Positions 30,009-39,475 of a stretch of DNA of 64,000 bases are shown here, piece after piece (the first letter of the stretch is position 1; each line of letters starts with the position of its first letter). The notes below the pieces were generated by a model that saw only the letters and a program-made list of their open reading frames with translations, had not been told where the DNA came from and made no database searches. The DNA comes from Candidatus Omnitrophota bacterium (GTDB taxonomy: Bacteria; Omnitrophota; Gorgyraeia; B26-G9), in NCBI GenBank assembly GCA_043806135.1, contig JAZDHG010000031.1:1110-65109 (forward strand), in the 5' to 3' direction. A program made the translations under genes and the position numbers.

Positions 30009-31766
30009 ATGGCGACAAAAGGAAGGGTTATTGCTGTTGTCTCTAATCTAGTAACAATAGAAGTGGACGGACCAGTCAGTCAAAATGAGATCTGCTATAT
30101 AGATTTAGACGGTATAAAACTTAAGGCAGAGGTAATTAAAATTAACGGAAACCGTGCCTCTGCACAGGTCTTTGAAAGTACGCGGGGACTTCGTTTCGGC
30201 TGTAGTGCAGAATTTACAGAGCATATGCTTGAGGTTGAACTCGGGCCCGGCCTTCTTTCGAAAAAATATGACGGCCTGCAAAATGATCTCGAAGCAATGA
30301 ACGGGGTATTTTTAAAAAGAGGAGAATTAACAGCGAGATTTTCTTATGAACAAAAATGGGATTTTGTTCCGATAGCCAAAGTGAACGATAGGGTTAAAGC
30401 AGGAGATTTCCTCGGCGAGGTCAATGAAAACTGGGTTAAACATAAAATTATGGTGCCTTTTGCTCTGGAAGGTCTATGGCAGATAGAATCAATTGCCAAA
30501 AAAGGCTCATATACGGTAAAAGATACCATTGCCGTGTTAAAGGACAAAGACGGAAAGAAACAGAATGTCAGCATGATGCAGCGCTGGCCGGTAAAAGTAC
30601 CGGTTCGTGCCTATGCGGATAAGCCGATAGCTTATAAATTGCTTCAGACAGGGGTAAGGCTTATTGACACGCTAAACCCTATAGTAGAAGGAGGTACAGG
30701 ATTTATTCCCGGACCTTTTGGTTGCGGCAAAACAGTTTTGCAGCATATTATTGCCGCTAATGCCCAGGTTGATATGGTAATTATCTGCGCTTGCGGAGAA
30801 AGAGCGAATGAGGTAGTGGAGATATTTAAGGAATATCCGGAGCTTGAAGATCCGTTTACCGGACGCAAACTTATTGAACGCACGATTATTATTTGCAATA
30901 CTTCCAATATGCCCGTAGCTGCACGAGAGGCCTCTGTTTATACAGCAATGACAATCGCCGAATATTACCGTCAGATGGGTTTAAAGATATTACTGCTTGC
31001 CGATTCTACATCCCGTTGGGCTCAGGCACTCAGAGAGATGTCCAACCGAATGGAAGAATTGCCGGGCCCGGACGCTTTCCCCATGGATTTGACGGCGATT
31101 GTGGCTAATTTTTATTCAAGAGCAGGCCTGGTTGAGCTCTCTAACGGACAGACAGGGTCGGTAACCTTTATCGGAACGGTTTCTCCTGCGGGAGGGAATT
31201 TTAAAGAGCCGGTGACCGAATCCACCAAGAAAGTAGCCCGTTGTTTTTATGCTCTTTCCCAGAAGCGCGCCGATAGCAAAAGATATCCTTCGATAGATAC
31301 AATAGAAAGTTATTCAAAATACCTTGAATATAAAGAAGTGCAGGAATACATGGCGGAAAATCTGGAACCGCATTGGATAGAAAAGATTTTGTACATACGC
31401 GATGTCTTGCTCAGGGGAAAAGAGTCATATGACCGGATAAATATTTTGGGCGATGACAGCGTGCCTGTTGAATATCACGAGCGTTACTGGAAATCTGAAC
31501 TGATTGACTTTGGATTTCTGCAGCAGGATGCTTTTGACGAGGTTGATAAGGCAACGCCTATGGATAGGCAAAAATACATGATGGATATTATATACAATAT
31601 ATGCAAAGCAGACTTCAAATTTGAAAATTTTGACGGAGTCGCTGATTACTTTAAAAAAATCATAAATTTAATAAAACAGATGAACTATTCTAAATTTCAG
31701 GAAGAAGAATTTAAGAAGTTTGAAGACGAACTGCAAAGTGTCTTGATGGAACGAAAGGTCAATTGA
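30009..31766 (+). CDS. ntpA: V/A-type ATPase subunit A
   Basis: GPFGCGKT, CGERANE, NTSNMPVAAREAS, DSTSRWAQALRE. Confidence 0.97.
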   Translation: MATKGRVIAVVSNLVTIEVDGPVSQNEICYIDLDGIKLKAEVIKINGNRASAQVFESTRGLRFGCSAEFTEHMLEVELGPGLLSKKYDGLQNDLEAMNGVFLKRGELTARFSYEQKWDFVPIAKVNDRVKAGDFLGEVNENWVKHKIMVPFALEGLWQIESIAKKGSYTVKDTIAVLKDKDGKKQNVSMMQRWPVKVPVRAYADKPIAYKLLQTGVRLIDTLNPIVEGGTGFIPGPFGCGKTVLQHIIAANAQVDMVIICACGERANEVVEIFKEYPELEDPFTGRKLIERTIIICNTSNMPVAAREASVYTAMTIAEYYRQMGLKILLLADSTSRWAQALREMSNRMEELPGPDAFPMDLTAIVANFYSRAGLVELSNGQTGSVTFIGTVSPAGGNFKEPVTESTKKVARCFYALSQKRADSKRYPSIDTIESYSKYLEYKEVQEYMAENLEPHWIEKILYIRDVLLRGKESYDRINILGDDSVPVEYHERYWKSELIDFGFLQQDAFDEVDKATPMDRQKYMMDIIYNICKADFKFENFDGVADYFKKIINLIKQMNYSKFQEEEFKKFEDELQSVLMERKVN

Positions 31767-31991
31767 TGACTGAACTTATGGAGCGTAAGAGGACATAAGT
31801 TCACAGTCAGAGAATGACCCAGCCCTCTGTGCAGATAGAGGAAAGATATTTAAAAAAGAAAGATAATAGCAATAACTAGCCCTCACAGGGTTGATCAGGG
31901 AATAGCTTAGAGGGCTGGATTTAATTCGCGCATATCATTTAACTTCACAATGTTCGCTAAATAATGCGCTCATTAAAGAAAGGAAAATATC

Positions 31992-33368
31992 ATGAACCAG
32001 AAAACTCCGGCGTTTACAACTGTATATACAAAGATAGAGCAGATTACTAAAGCAACATGTTCTTTAAGGGCAGGCGGCGCATTTAATGAGGAAATGGCAC
32101 TTATTGACGGGCGGCCGGCTCAGGTTGTGAAAATACAGGGAGATTTGATCACATTACAGGTTTTCTCTGGAACCCAGGGGATCGGTACGGATGTTGATGT
32201 CGTGTTCTTGGGAGAACCGCCAACCCTTAAAGTAGGTCCGGATTTATCGGGAAGATTTTTTAGCGCATACGGTACGCCGATTGACGGAGGCCCTGAGTTG
32301 GAGGGAAAGAAGGTTCCGATCGGAGGTCCCAGTGTAAATCCGGTGCGCCGCAAACAGCCTTCAGAGCTTATTAGTACGGGGATTGCCGGTATTGATCTGA
32401 ACAATACCCTAGTGGGAGGACAGAAAATTCCCTTTTTTGCCAATCCGGATCAGCCCTTTAATCAGGTTATGGCTAATGTTGCTTTGCGTGCCGGAGCGGA
32501 CAGGATTATTTTAGGCGGTATGGGTTTATCCAATGACGATTATCTTTATTACCGGCGTATATTTGAAGACGCAGGTGTTTTGGAAAAGATAACCTGTTTT
32601 ATAAACACAACAGATGATCCGCCAGTCGAGCGTTTGCTGATCCCGGATATGGTCTTAACTGCGGCAGAATATTTTGCAGTTGAGAAAAAAGAAAAAGTTT
32701 TGGTCTTACTTACAGATATGACGCTTTTTTGTGATGCTTTGAGTATTGTCTCTAACCGTATGGATCAAATCCCGAGTAAAGACAGTATGCCTGGTTCTTT
32801 ATACAGTGATTTGGCGAAGATATATGAAAAAGCGGTTCAGTTTGAAGAAGGCTCGATCACTATTGTTGCGGTAACAACGCTGAGCGGAGAGGATATTACA
32901 CATGCAATCCCGGATAATACCGGATATATTACCGAAGGACAGCTTTTTTTGCGGCGCAATACGGATATTTCTAAAGTTATCGTTGATCCTTTCCGTAGTT
33001 TGTCTCGTTTGAAACAGCTGGTGATCGGCAAACGCACAAGAGAAGATCACCCCCAGGTTATGAATGCAGGTATCCGTTTGTATTCTGATGCCGCATACGC
33101 GAAAACAAAACAGGAGAACGGGTTTGACCTTACTGATTATGATGAACGGGCATTGAAATTCGCCTTTGATTACAGCAATGAACTCTTGGCCATTGATATT
33201 AATATTGATATAGATAAGATGATCAATACCGCCTGGAGGTTGCTGGCAAAATATTTTAGCAAAGATGAAATTGGCATTAAACAGGAGATGGTGGACAAAT
33301 ACTGGCCGAAAGAAGACGGAGAACAGGCTAGTAGCGAGAATAAATCGACAGACGGGAGAAAAAACTGA
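31992..33368 (+). CDS. ntpB: V/A-type ATPase subunit B
   Basis: GQKIPFF, LTDMT, IPDNTGYITEGQ, SLSRL. Confidence 0.96.
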   Translation: MNQKTPAFTTVYTKIEQITKATCSLRAGGAFNEEMALIDGRPAQVVKIQGDLITLQVFSGTQGIGTDVDVVFLGEPPTLKVGPDLSGRFFSAYGTPIDGGPELEGKKVPIGGPSVNPVRRKQPSELISTGIAGIDLNNTLVGGQKIPFFANPDQPFNQVMANVALRAGADRIILGGMGLSNDDYLYYRRIFEDAGVLEKITCFINTTDDPPVERLLIPDMVLTAAEYFAVEKKEKVLVLLTDMTLFCDALSIVSNRMDQIPSKDSMPGSLYSDLAKIYEKAVQFEEGSITIVAVTTLSGEDITHAIPDNTGYITEGQLFLRRNTDISKVIVDPFRSLSRLKQLVIGKRTREDHPQVMNAGIRLYSDAAYAKTKQENGFDLTDYDERALKFAFDYSNELLAIDINIDIDKMINTAWRLLAKYFSKDEIGIKQEMVDKYWPKEDGEQASSENKSTDGRKN

Positions 33369-33583
33369 AGGACGAGAGACGATCGTTTGAGTTGTTCACT
33401 ATGATGAAAGACGAAAAGACGTAAAGCGAATTAAATTTGCGAGTTGCGCGTCAGCGAGTTTGCGTGTTGGAAAATAGAAAAACTGAGAAAATTTTTATAT
33501 TGATTTTTTGAAGTAACTTTTAGTAACCAATAGTAACTGTTTGTAACTGCTGGTAACCGAAGAATAATAACTAGGGATGAAAC

Positions 33584-34177
33584 GTGTCGCAGATGCAATA
33601 TAACAAGACTTTTTTAATGCAGATCAATAAAGATCTGGAGATCAGACAAAACGCTTTGCCGGTCCTGCAAAGCAAGGAAGCTGCTTTGCGTGCGGAAACT
33701 CGTCGTATGCGCATTCAGATCAAAGAAATTGCTAAAAAAGTAGAGGCAAAAATACAGTCTCTAAAATCTGTGCAGCGGCTATGGAGCGAATTTCCGGATA
33801 TTATCCATGTTAAAAAAGTCAACTTTAAGACAAAAAAAATCGCCAGTATAAAAGTGGGTATTGTCGAAAGCATCGAATATGATATTGGTTCATTTGAATT
33901 GTTTGCGCATCCGGCATGGTTTATGAATGGACTGCATAGCATAAAGGAAGTATTAGGTCTAAAAATAGAAGTGTTCAATTTAGAGAAGGTTTTGGAAAGT
34001 GTTGAGTATGCACGCAGGAAGACAACACAAAAGGTAAATCTATATGAAAAAGTACAGATACCTTTTTTTGAAGAGGCAATGCGTAAGATAAAGAGGTTTT
34101 TGGAAGATGAGGAAAATCTGTCTAAATCTTCCCAAAAGGTAATAAAGAGAAGAATGGAAGAGGCTAGTATCGTATGA
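33584..34177 (+). CDS. ntpD: V/A-type ATPase subunit D
   Basis: LPVLQSKEAAL, KTTQKVNLYEKVQIP. Confidence 0.92.
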   Translation: MSQMQYNKTFLMQINKDLEIRQNALPVLQSKEAALRAETRRMRIQIKEIAKKVEAKIQSLKSVQRLWSEFPDIIHVKKVNFKTKKIASIKVGIVESIEYDIGSFELFAHPAWFMNGLHSIKEVLGLKIEVFNLEKVLESVEYARRKTTQKVNLYEKVQIPFFEEAMRKIKRFLEDEENLSKSSQKVIKRRMEEASIV

Positions 34178-35955
34178 TAACCCTGATGGAAAAAATCACA
34201 ATCTTGATATTTCACAAGGCTAAAGAGGATTTTTTGCATTCCTTGCAGGAACTCGGCGTTATACATATTTCTCAGGATATAAAAAAAGATTCGCATGAGG
34301 GATTGAAGGAAATAAGAAACAGAATAGACAGAGCGGATGCTTTCCTGAAGGCAGCAAAAAAATCATCATCTGCAGTCTCTTCTTCTGTCCGGGGTGAAGG
34401 ACAATCAGCCTTATCTGTTATTGGGGAGCATGAGAATATTCAGCAGATTATAAACGTTTCTCAGGATGAATTGGATAAGGTGGACAGGCAGATACGCAAT
34501 CTTGCTCCCTGGGGGGAATTCAGCCGGGAATCTATGGAAAAGGTCAGGCTTTCAGGATTGCGCTTACGTTTTTTTATAACTCCAGTAAAGAATTTCGACT
34601 TTTGCGGTGTTGATGAGAATATTTGTGCGTTCGAGATCTCCCGGGATAAAACATATGTGTATTTTGTCGTGTTTGAAAAGGAAGATGTAGTAAAACTTAA
34701 TTGTGATGAGTTTTTTTATCCGGATTTAGATCTGAAGACGTTGCAGAATAAAGCACAGGCAATAACAGAAACTATTAGGGAAAGCGAGAAAAAATTATCC
34801 GCTTTGTTCTCTCAGGGTTCAGCTATCGAAACTTACCTCAATGAGCAGAAAAGCGGCTTGAATTATGCAACGGTAAACAGTAACCTGACGAGTGCGGCTG
34901 AAGATACTATTTATATAATAAACGGATGGCTGCCTCAAGATTTAAAGTTAAAAGTACAGGCTTGGCTGGATGAAAAGGATATTTACTGCTATTTTTCCAA
35001 GCCAAATGTAGGAGAGGATGTCCCGATTTTACTAAAAAATAATCCCTTTGCAAAGTTGTTTGAACCGATTACAAAGATGTTCTCTTTGCCTAATTATACC
35101 GAATTTGACCTGACGGCTTTTTTTGCCCCGTTTTTTACATTATTTTTCGGTTTTTGCCTTGGAGATGCAGGGTATGGATTGATCATCCTCTTATTATGCG
35201 CAATATTCTGGAAAAAAGTCAGCCAGAATAAAAGACCCTTGTTGATATTAGGAGCGGTCTTTGGTGTTTCCACTTTTCTTTTCGGACTTATTTCAGGAAA
35301 TCTGTTCGGGGTGGAACTTGTAAAAATTGCGTTTATAAAGAATTTAGTATTGTTTAACCAGAACCAGCTCTTTTATCTTTCTCTAAAGATAGGGGTAGTT
35401 CAGATATTTTTCGGACTGTTTCTAAAAGCATTTAGTAAATTAAGACAATTCGGATTTACGGCAAGTCTTTCAAGCTGGGGATGGCTAATAATGCTAACCG
35501 GAGTTTTGCCGCTTGTTCTGGCTTTTCTTTCAGATGCGGCCGCACCTTTATGGGCCCTATGGACATCCTTTACAGGACTTACGCTTATAATGCTGTTTAA
35601 TGACTTAAAGGCTAATATTTTTATCAGGCTGGGCAAAGGATTATGGGAGCTTTATGGAGGGCTTAGCGGATTTTTGGGAGATGTTTTAAGTTATGTGCGG
35701 CTTTTTGCCCTGGGTTTGTCAGGTGCAGTACTAGGTCTTGTTGTCAATGAAATAGGCATGCAGTTTCGGGCTATACCATTCGTAGGATATTTTATAACGT
35801 TTGTTTTTTTGATCGTGGGCCATTCGGCTAATTTACTTCTAAGCGGTTTGTCCAGTTTTGTACATCCGCTGCGTCTTACATTTGTTGAGTTTTATAAAAA
35901 TGTCGGTTTTGAAGGCGGAGGAAAGGCATATAATCCATTTAAAAAAATAAATTGA
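34174..35955 (+). CDS. ntpI: V/A-type ATPase subunit I
   Basis: GWLP, GDAGYG, DVLSYVRLFALG, HPLRLTFVEF. Confidence 0.95.
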   Translation: MITLMEKITILIFHKAKEDFLHSLQELGVIHISQDIKKDSHEGLKEIRNRIDRADAFLKAAKKSSSAVSSSVRGEGQSALSVIGEHENIQQIINVSQDELDKVDRQIRNLAPWGEFSRESMEKVRLSGLRLRFFITPVKNFDFCGVDENICAFEISRDKTYVYFVVFEKEDVVKLNCDEFFYPDLDLKTLQNKAQAITETIRESEKKLSALFSQGSAIETYLNEQKSGLNYATVNSNLTSAAEDTIYIINGWLPQDLKLKVQAWLDEKDIYCYFSKPNVGEDVPILLKNNPFAKLFEPITKMFSLPNYTEFDLTAFFAPFFTLFFGFCLGDAGYGLIILLLCAIFWKKVSQNKRPLLILGAVFGVSTFLFGLISGNLFGVELVKIAFIKNLVLFNQNQLFYLSLKIGVVQIFFGLFLKAFSKLRQFGFTASLSSWGWLIMLTGVLPLVLAFLSDAAAPLWALWTSFTGLTLIMLFNDLKANIFIRLGKGLWELYGGLSGFLGDVLSYVRLFALGLSGAVLGLVVNEIGMQFRAIPFVGYFITFVFLIVGHSANLLLSGLSSFVHPLRLTFVEFYKNVGFEGGGKAYNPFKKIN

Positions 35956-35998
35956 TATTTTATTACTGTTACAGTGAGTGCAAAGAAGCAAGTTTTAA

Positions 35999-36499
<501 letters not shown>

Positions 36500-36516
36500 T
36501 TTAAAAATATTGCTTT

Positions 36517-36549
36517 AAAAAAGGAGGATGGTTAACCATTCTCCTTTTT
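36517..36549 (+). terminator. Intrinsic terminator after the ATPase operon
   Basis: aaaaaggaggatggtt/aaccattctccttttt hairpin with a T tail. Confidence 0.8.
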
Positions 36550-36584
36550 CTGTACAAAAACATATTTTTTGCTATAATTTAAGC

Positions 36585-37301
36585 ATGTTCGAGCAGGGAA
36601 GAAAAAATACACAATATATCCGCAAGCAAATGAGCAGGGTGATCAAGGATTATTCCATGATCAATGAAGGCGACAGGATACTGATCGCTGTGTCCGGAGG
36701 AAAAGACAGTCTTTGTCTGCTGGAAATGCTTAGGGCCAGACAGAGTTTTTCACCGGTCAAATACGAAATTTCCCCGGTGCATTTTAATGAAGAAACAATA
36801 AATGCTCATATCCTTGAAAAATATCTTAAAAGCAACAATTATTCATACCGCATTGTAGGTCAGATAGAAAAACCAAGAAAAAAGCCGAGAAAAAGCCCCT
36901 GTTTTAACTGCAGCTGGGAACGCAGGAAAAGATTATTTCAAATAGCAGAGGAGCTAAAATGCAATAAGATCGCGCTTGCGCATCATATGGACGATATTAT
37001 TCAAACCACACTGCTGAATCTTTTTTTTATGGGTGAAATCAGCACGATGAGGCCTTATCAGGAGCTTTTCGGTGGGAAATGCCATATAATACGGCCGCTT
37101 GCTTATGTCCCGGAGAAGGCGCTTGCGGCATATTCTAAGGCAAGGAAATTTCCTAAAATGAAGGTTCAATGTCCCCATGGCAAAGACTCTGCGCGCAAGT
37201 TTATCTCGGATGAGATAAAAAGAATAGAAAAAAGATCTCCGGAGGTAAGGAAGAATGTATTCCGGTCATTGAAGAGGATCAGAAGCGATTATCTGCTTTA
37301 A
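36585..37301 (+). CDS. ttcA: tRNA 2-thiocytidine synthetase TtcA family (PP-loop)
   Basis: SGGKDS, CFNC, HHMDD, IIRPL, CP. Confidence 0.85.
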   Translation: MFEQGRKNTQYIRKQMSRVIKDYSMINEGDRILIAVSGGKDSLCLLEMLRARQSFSPVKYEISPVHFNEETINAHILEKYLKSNNYSYRIVGQIEKPRKKPRKSPCFNCSWERRKRLFQIAEELKCNKIALAHHMDDIIQTTLLNLFFMGEISTMRPYQELFGGKCHIIRPLAYVPEKALAAYSKARKFPKMKVQCPHGKDSARKFISDEIKRIEKRSPEVRKNVFRSLKRIRSDYLL

Positions 37302-37329
37302 ATAAGCTATTTATAAGGAAGGGGCAATT

Positions 37330-37812
37330 ATGGAAATTGACAGCGTAAGAATAGAAATTCCAAAAGAGGCTAATGTTATAGTCGGCCAAAGCCATTTTAT
37401 TAAAACAGTGGAGGATATTTATGAGGCAATGGTGGGCTCTGTTCCGGGTATAAAATTCGGGGTCGGGTTTTGCGAGGCCTCAGGCGCATGCCTGGTACGC
37501 TCTGAAGGTAATGACCGGGAATTAAAGGAACATGCTGAAAAGACTGCTCTTGAAATTGCTTGCGGACATTGTTTTGTTCTGTTTATCAGAGATGCCTTTC
37601 CTATAAATGTGATGAGAGCGCTCAAAAATGTTCCGGAAATATGCCGTATTTTCTGTGCTACGGCTAATCCGCTTGAAATACTTACTGCTGAAACCGTCCA
37701 GGGCAGAGGGATTATCGGGGTCATTGACGGCTGCAAGCCCAAGGGGATAGAGAAGACAAGCGATATTAAATGGCGTAAAGATCTGCTGCGGACCATAAAA
37801 TATAAGCTTTGA
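37330..37812 (+). CDS. Adenosine-specific kinase / DUF355 family
   Basis: GQSHFIKTVED, FCEASG, CATANP, GRGIIGVIDG. Confidence 0.88.
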   Translation: MEIDSVRIEIPKEANVIVGQSHFIKTVEDIYEAMVGSVPGIKFGVGFCEASGACLVRSEGNDRELKEHAEKTALEIACGHCFVLFIRDAFPINVMRALKNVPEICRIFCATANPLEILTAETVQGRGIIGVIDGCKPKGIEKTSDIKWRKDLLRTIKYKL

Positions 37813-37880
37813 TACTTTTTAATATAATTCATATTTGACAATTTATTTTTTAGGTGTATTCTAATAATTGAGGATATATT

Positions 37881-38217
37881 ATGCATTGTCCAAAGTTTAT
37901 TGATTTTACAAGGGAATGCCAGTATAAAATAGGATTTCTGCCTTTAGACACTCGCCACTTTTGCTCTACCCGCAAATACAAAAAAGTGCCCGTTTTATAT
38001 AGCCATTCATAATGTCGGATATTTTTGCAAATATCTTAAACTCTGTCCAGCCTTTGAGCATTTTAAAACGGAAAATTTCGATAAATTTGTGCAAATAGCA
38101 AACGAATACTGCCTTTCTGAAAAGAACAATGTGCGTTGTTCAAGATTTAAGCTAAGAACTGCAGGGAAAAATCCGCCTGCGAAATTAATGCCGGATGGAA
38201 GTGTTTTGGAAAAATAA
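37881..38217 (+). pseudogene. Cys-rich small protein (about 111 aa) frameshifted in an A6 run
   Basis: SD GAGGA + ATG at 37881; removing one A at 37980-37985 gives MHCPKF...KKCPFY...CKYLKLCPAF...EYCLSE..CSRF...LMPDGSVLEK. Confidence 0.65.
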
Positions 38218-38244
38218 ACAGTTAGTTAAATATAAAGGAGGGAT

Positions 38245-38358
38245 ATGATGAGTTGGATATTGTTCGGTCAGATCGTCTTGTTGATGGTAATATATTCTTT
38301 TATTAAACAACTGGTTAAGTGTATGCATGATACAAAATGTAAAATCTGTAAAAAATAA
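38245..38358 (+). CDS. Small membrane peptide (37 aa) with a Cys/His tail
   Basis: SD AAGGAGG; MMSWILFGQIVLLMVIYSFIKQLVKCMHDTKCKICKK. Confidence 0.55.
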   Translation: MMSWILFGQIVLLMVIYSFIKQLVKCMHDTKCKICKK

Positions 38359-38704
38359 TTTAAAAGGGAAATCGAACGTCTTTCGCATCTTCCGCTAGCC
38401 CTTGTAAAACAGCTCAGAACTAGAACAAGTTCAGTCCAGAGCTGCATAGTACCGATCTATGATTTGGTTCTATGCAGGGCCGTGCTCAGATGTCTCACTC
38501 CCTAAGGGGAAACCCTTATGGCGTGAGCCACGTTGTGGCAACGCCACTCACGTGGTTTTCCCCTTCCCTATCTAAAGACGATAAGCTTTCTGAGTGCTTG
38601 GGATTAATTTGATAACGAATTTATATTCACACTATTCCATAAATTCTATCTCATTATTAATATTCCTCTTTTGGTTCGAACCCCAGGAAGAGCTATCAGA
38701 AAAT

Positions 38705-38733
38705 AAAAAGGCCACTCTATCGAGTGGCTTTTT
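38705..38733. terminator. Bidirectional intrinsic terminator downstream of tRNA-Glu
   Basis: aaaaaggccactc-tatc-gagtggcttttt. Confidence 0.8.
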
Positions 38734-38738
38734 ATAGT

Positions 38739-38816
38739 TGGTACCCCCAAGGGGATTCGAACCCCTGTTTTATGGCTGAGAACCACATGTCCTGGACCGG
38801 GCTAGACGATGAGGGC
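38739..38816 (-). tRNA. tRNA-Glu (CTC)
   Basis: Minus strand GCCCTCATCGTCTAGCCCGGTCCAGGACATGTGGTTCTCAGCCATAAAACAGGGGTTCGAATCCCCTTGGGGGTACCA folds as a cloverleaf with encoded CCA; TTGACT/TATAAT promoter at 38863-38836. Confidence 0.95.
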
Positions 38817-38958
38817 AAAAGTTTATGCTTTGGAAATTATATCATAATTTATTTTAAAGTCAATGCTTCTATGTCATTCTATGTAACATTTTGAGCAATG
38901 CTGAATATGTTACTGAATAGGTTACATTGGTTATAAATACTTCCTCCTAAGGCGAATA

Positions 38959-39072
38959 TTAAAAATTCCGCCACTCCCGCGCTGTGATCAATCCCTTGTC
39001 CGGCGTTATTCCAAAGATCGCAAATACAATTGCCAGCAGCAGGTCCATAATTCCGCTGACAATATTGACCAT
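38959..39072 (-). CDS. Small hydrophobic peptide (37 aa), possibly a gene remnant
   Basis: AGGA SD; MVNIVSGIMDLLLAIVFAIFGITPDKGLITAREWRNF. Confidence 0.35.
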   Translation of the reverse strand: MVNIVSGIMDLLLAIVFAIFGITPDKGLITAREWRNF

Positions 39073-39475
39073 GGTGTCCTAACGAAATTACGCAAGAGAA
39101 TGCCTTTGTTTTAAAACAGTAAATAATTTTGGTATAGGCATATTGTTACTTTTATTAAAAAAATGGATTGCTGTTAATGCTCAGTAATTAGGTAACGTTT
39201 TTGGGTTATAGTTACGATGCCGTTTCGTTTTTCGGTTACGGTAATTGTAAAAACAAAAATATTTAATAAGTCCTCTGTTGACATGCTAAATATTTTTGAA
39301 GAACTTAACCATAGCCGAAAGACGATACGGGGTTCGTTACCTTTGCCGTTATCGAACTATTGAGCTAGTACACCTGGTTTTTTTAATATTTGGCAAAAGT
39401 TTCTTTATATTATAGTTTTAGACTTTTTACTTTTTCCTTCGTAATCTTTATCTTAGATGCTATAATACTGCTCAA

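Noticed and set aside
37980-37986. Programmed -1 frameshift at A_AAA_AAG
   Set aside because: The heptamer is out of phase; restoring the gene needs a +1 shift.
38673-38684. attL/attR duplication of the tRNA 3' end
   Set aside because: Only a short T-loop-like match, not extending into the acceptor stem, and no integrase nearby.
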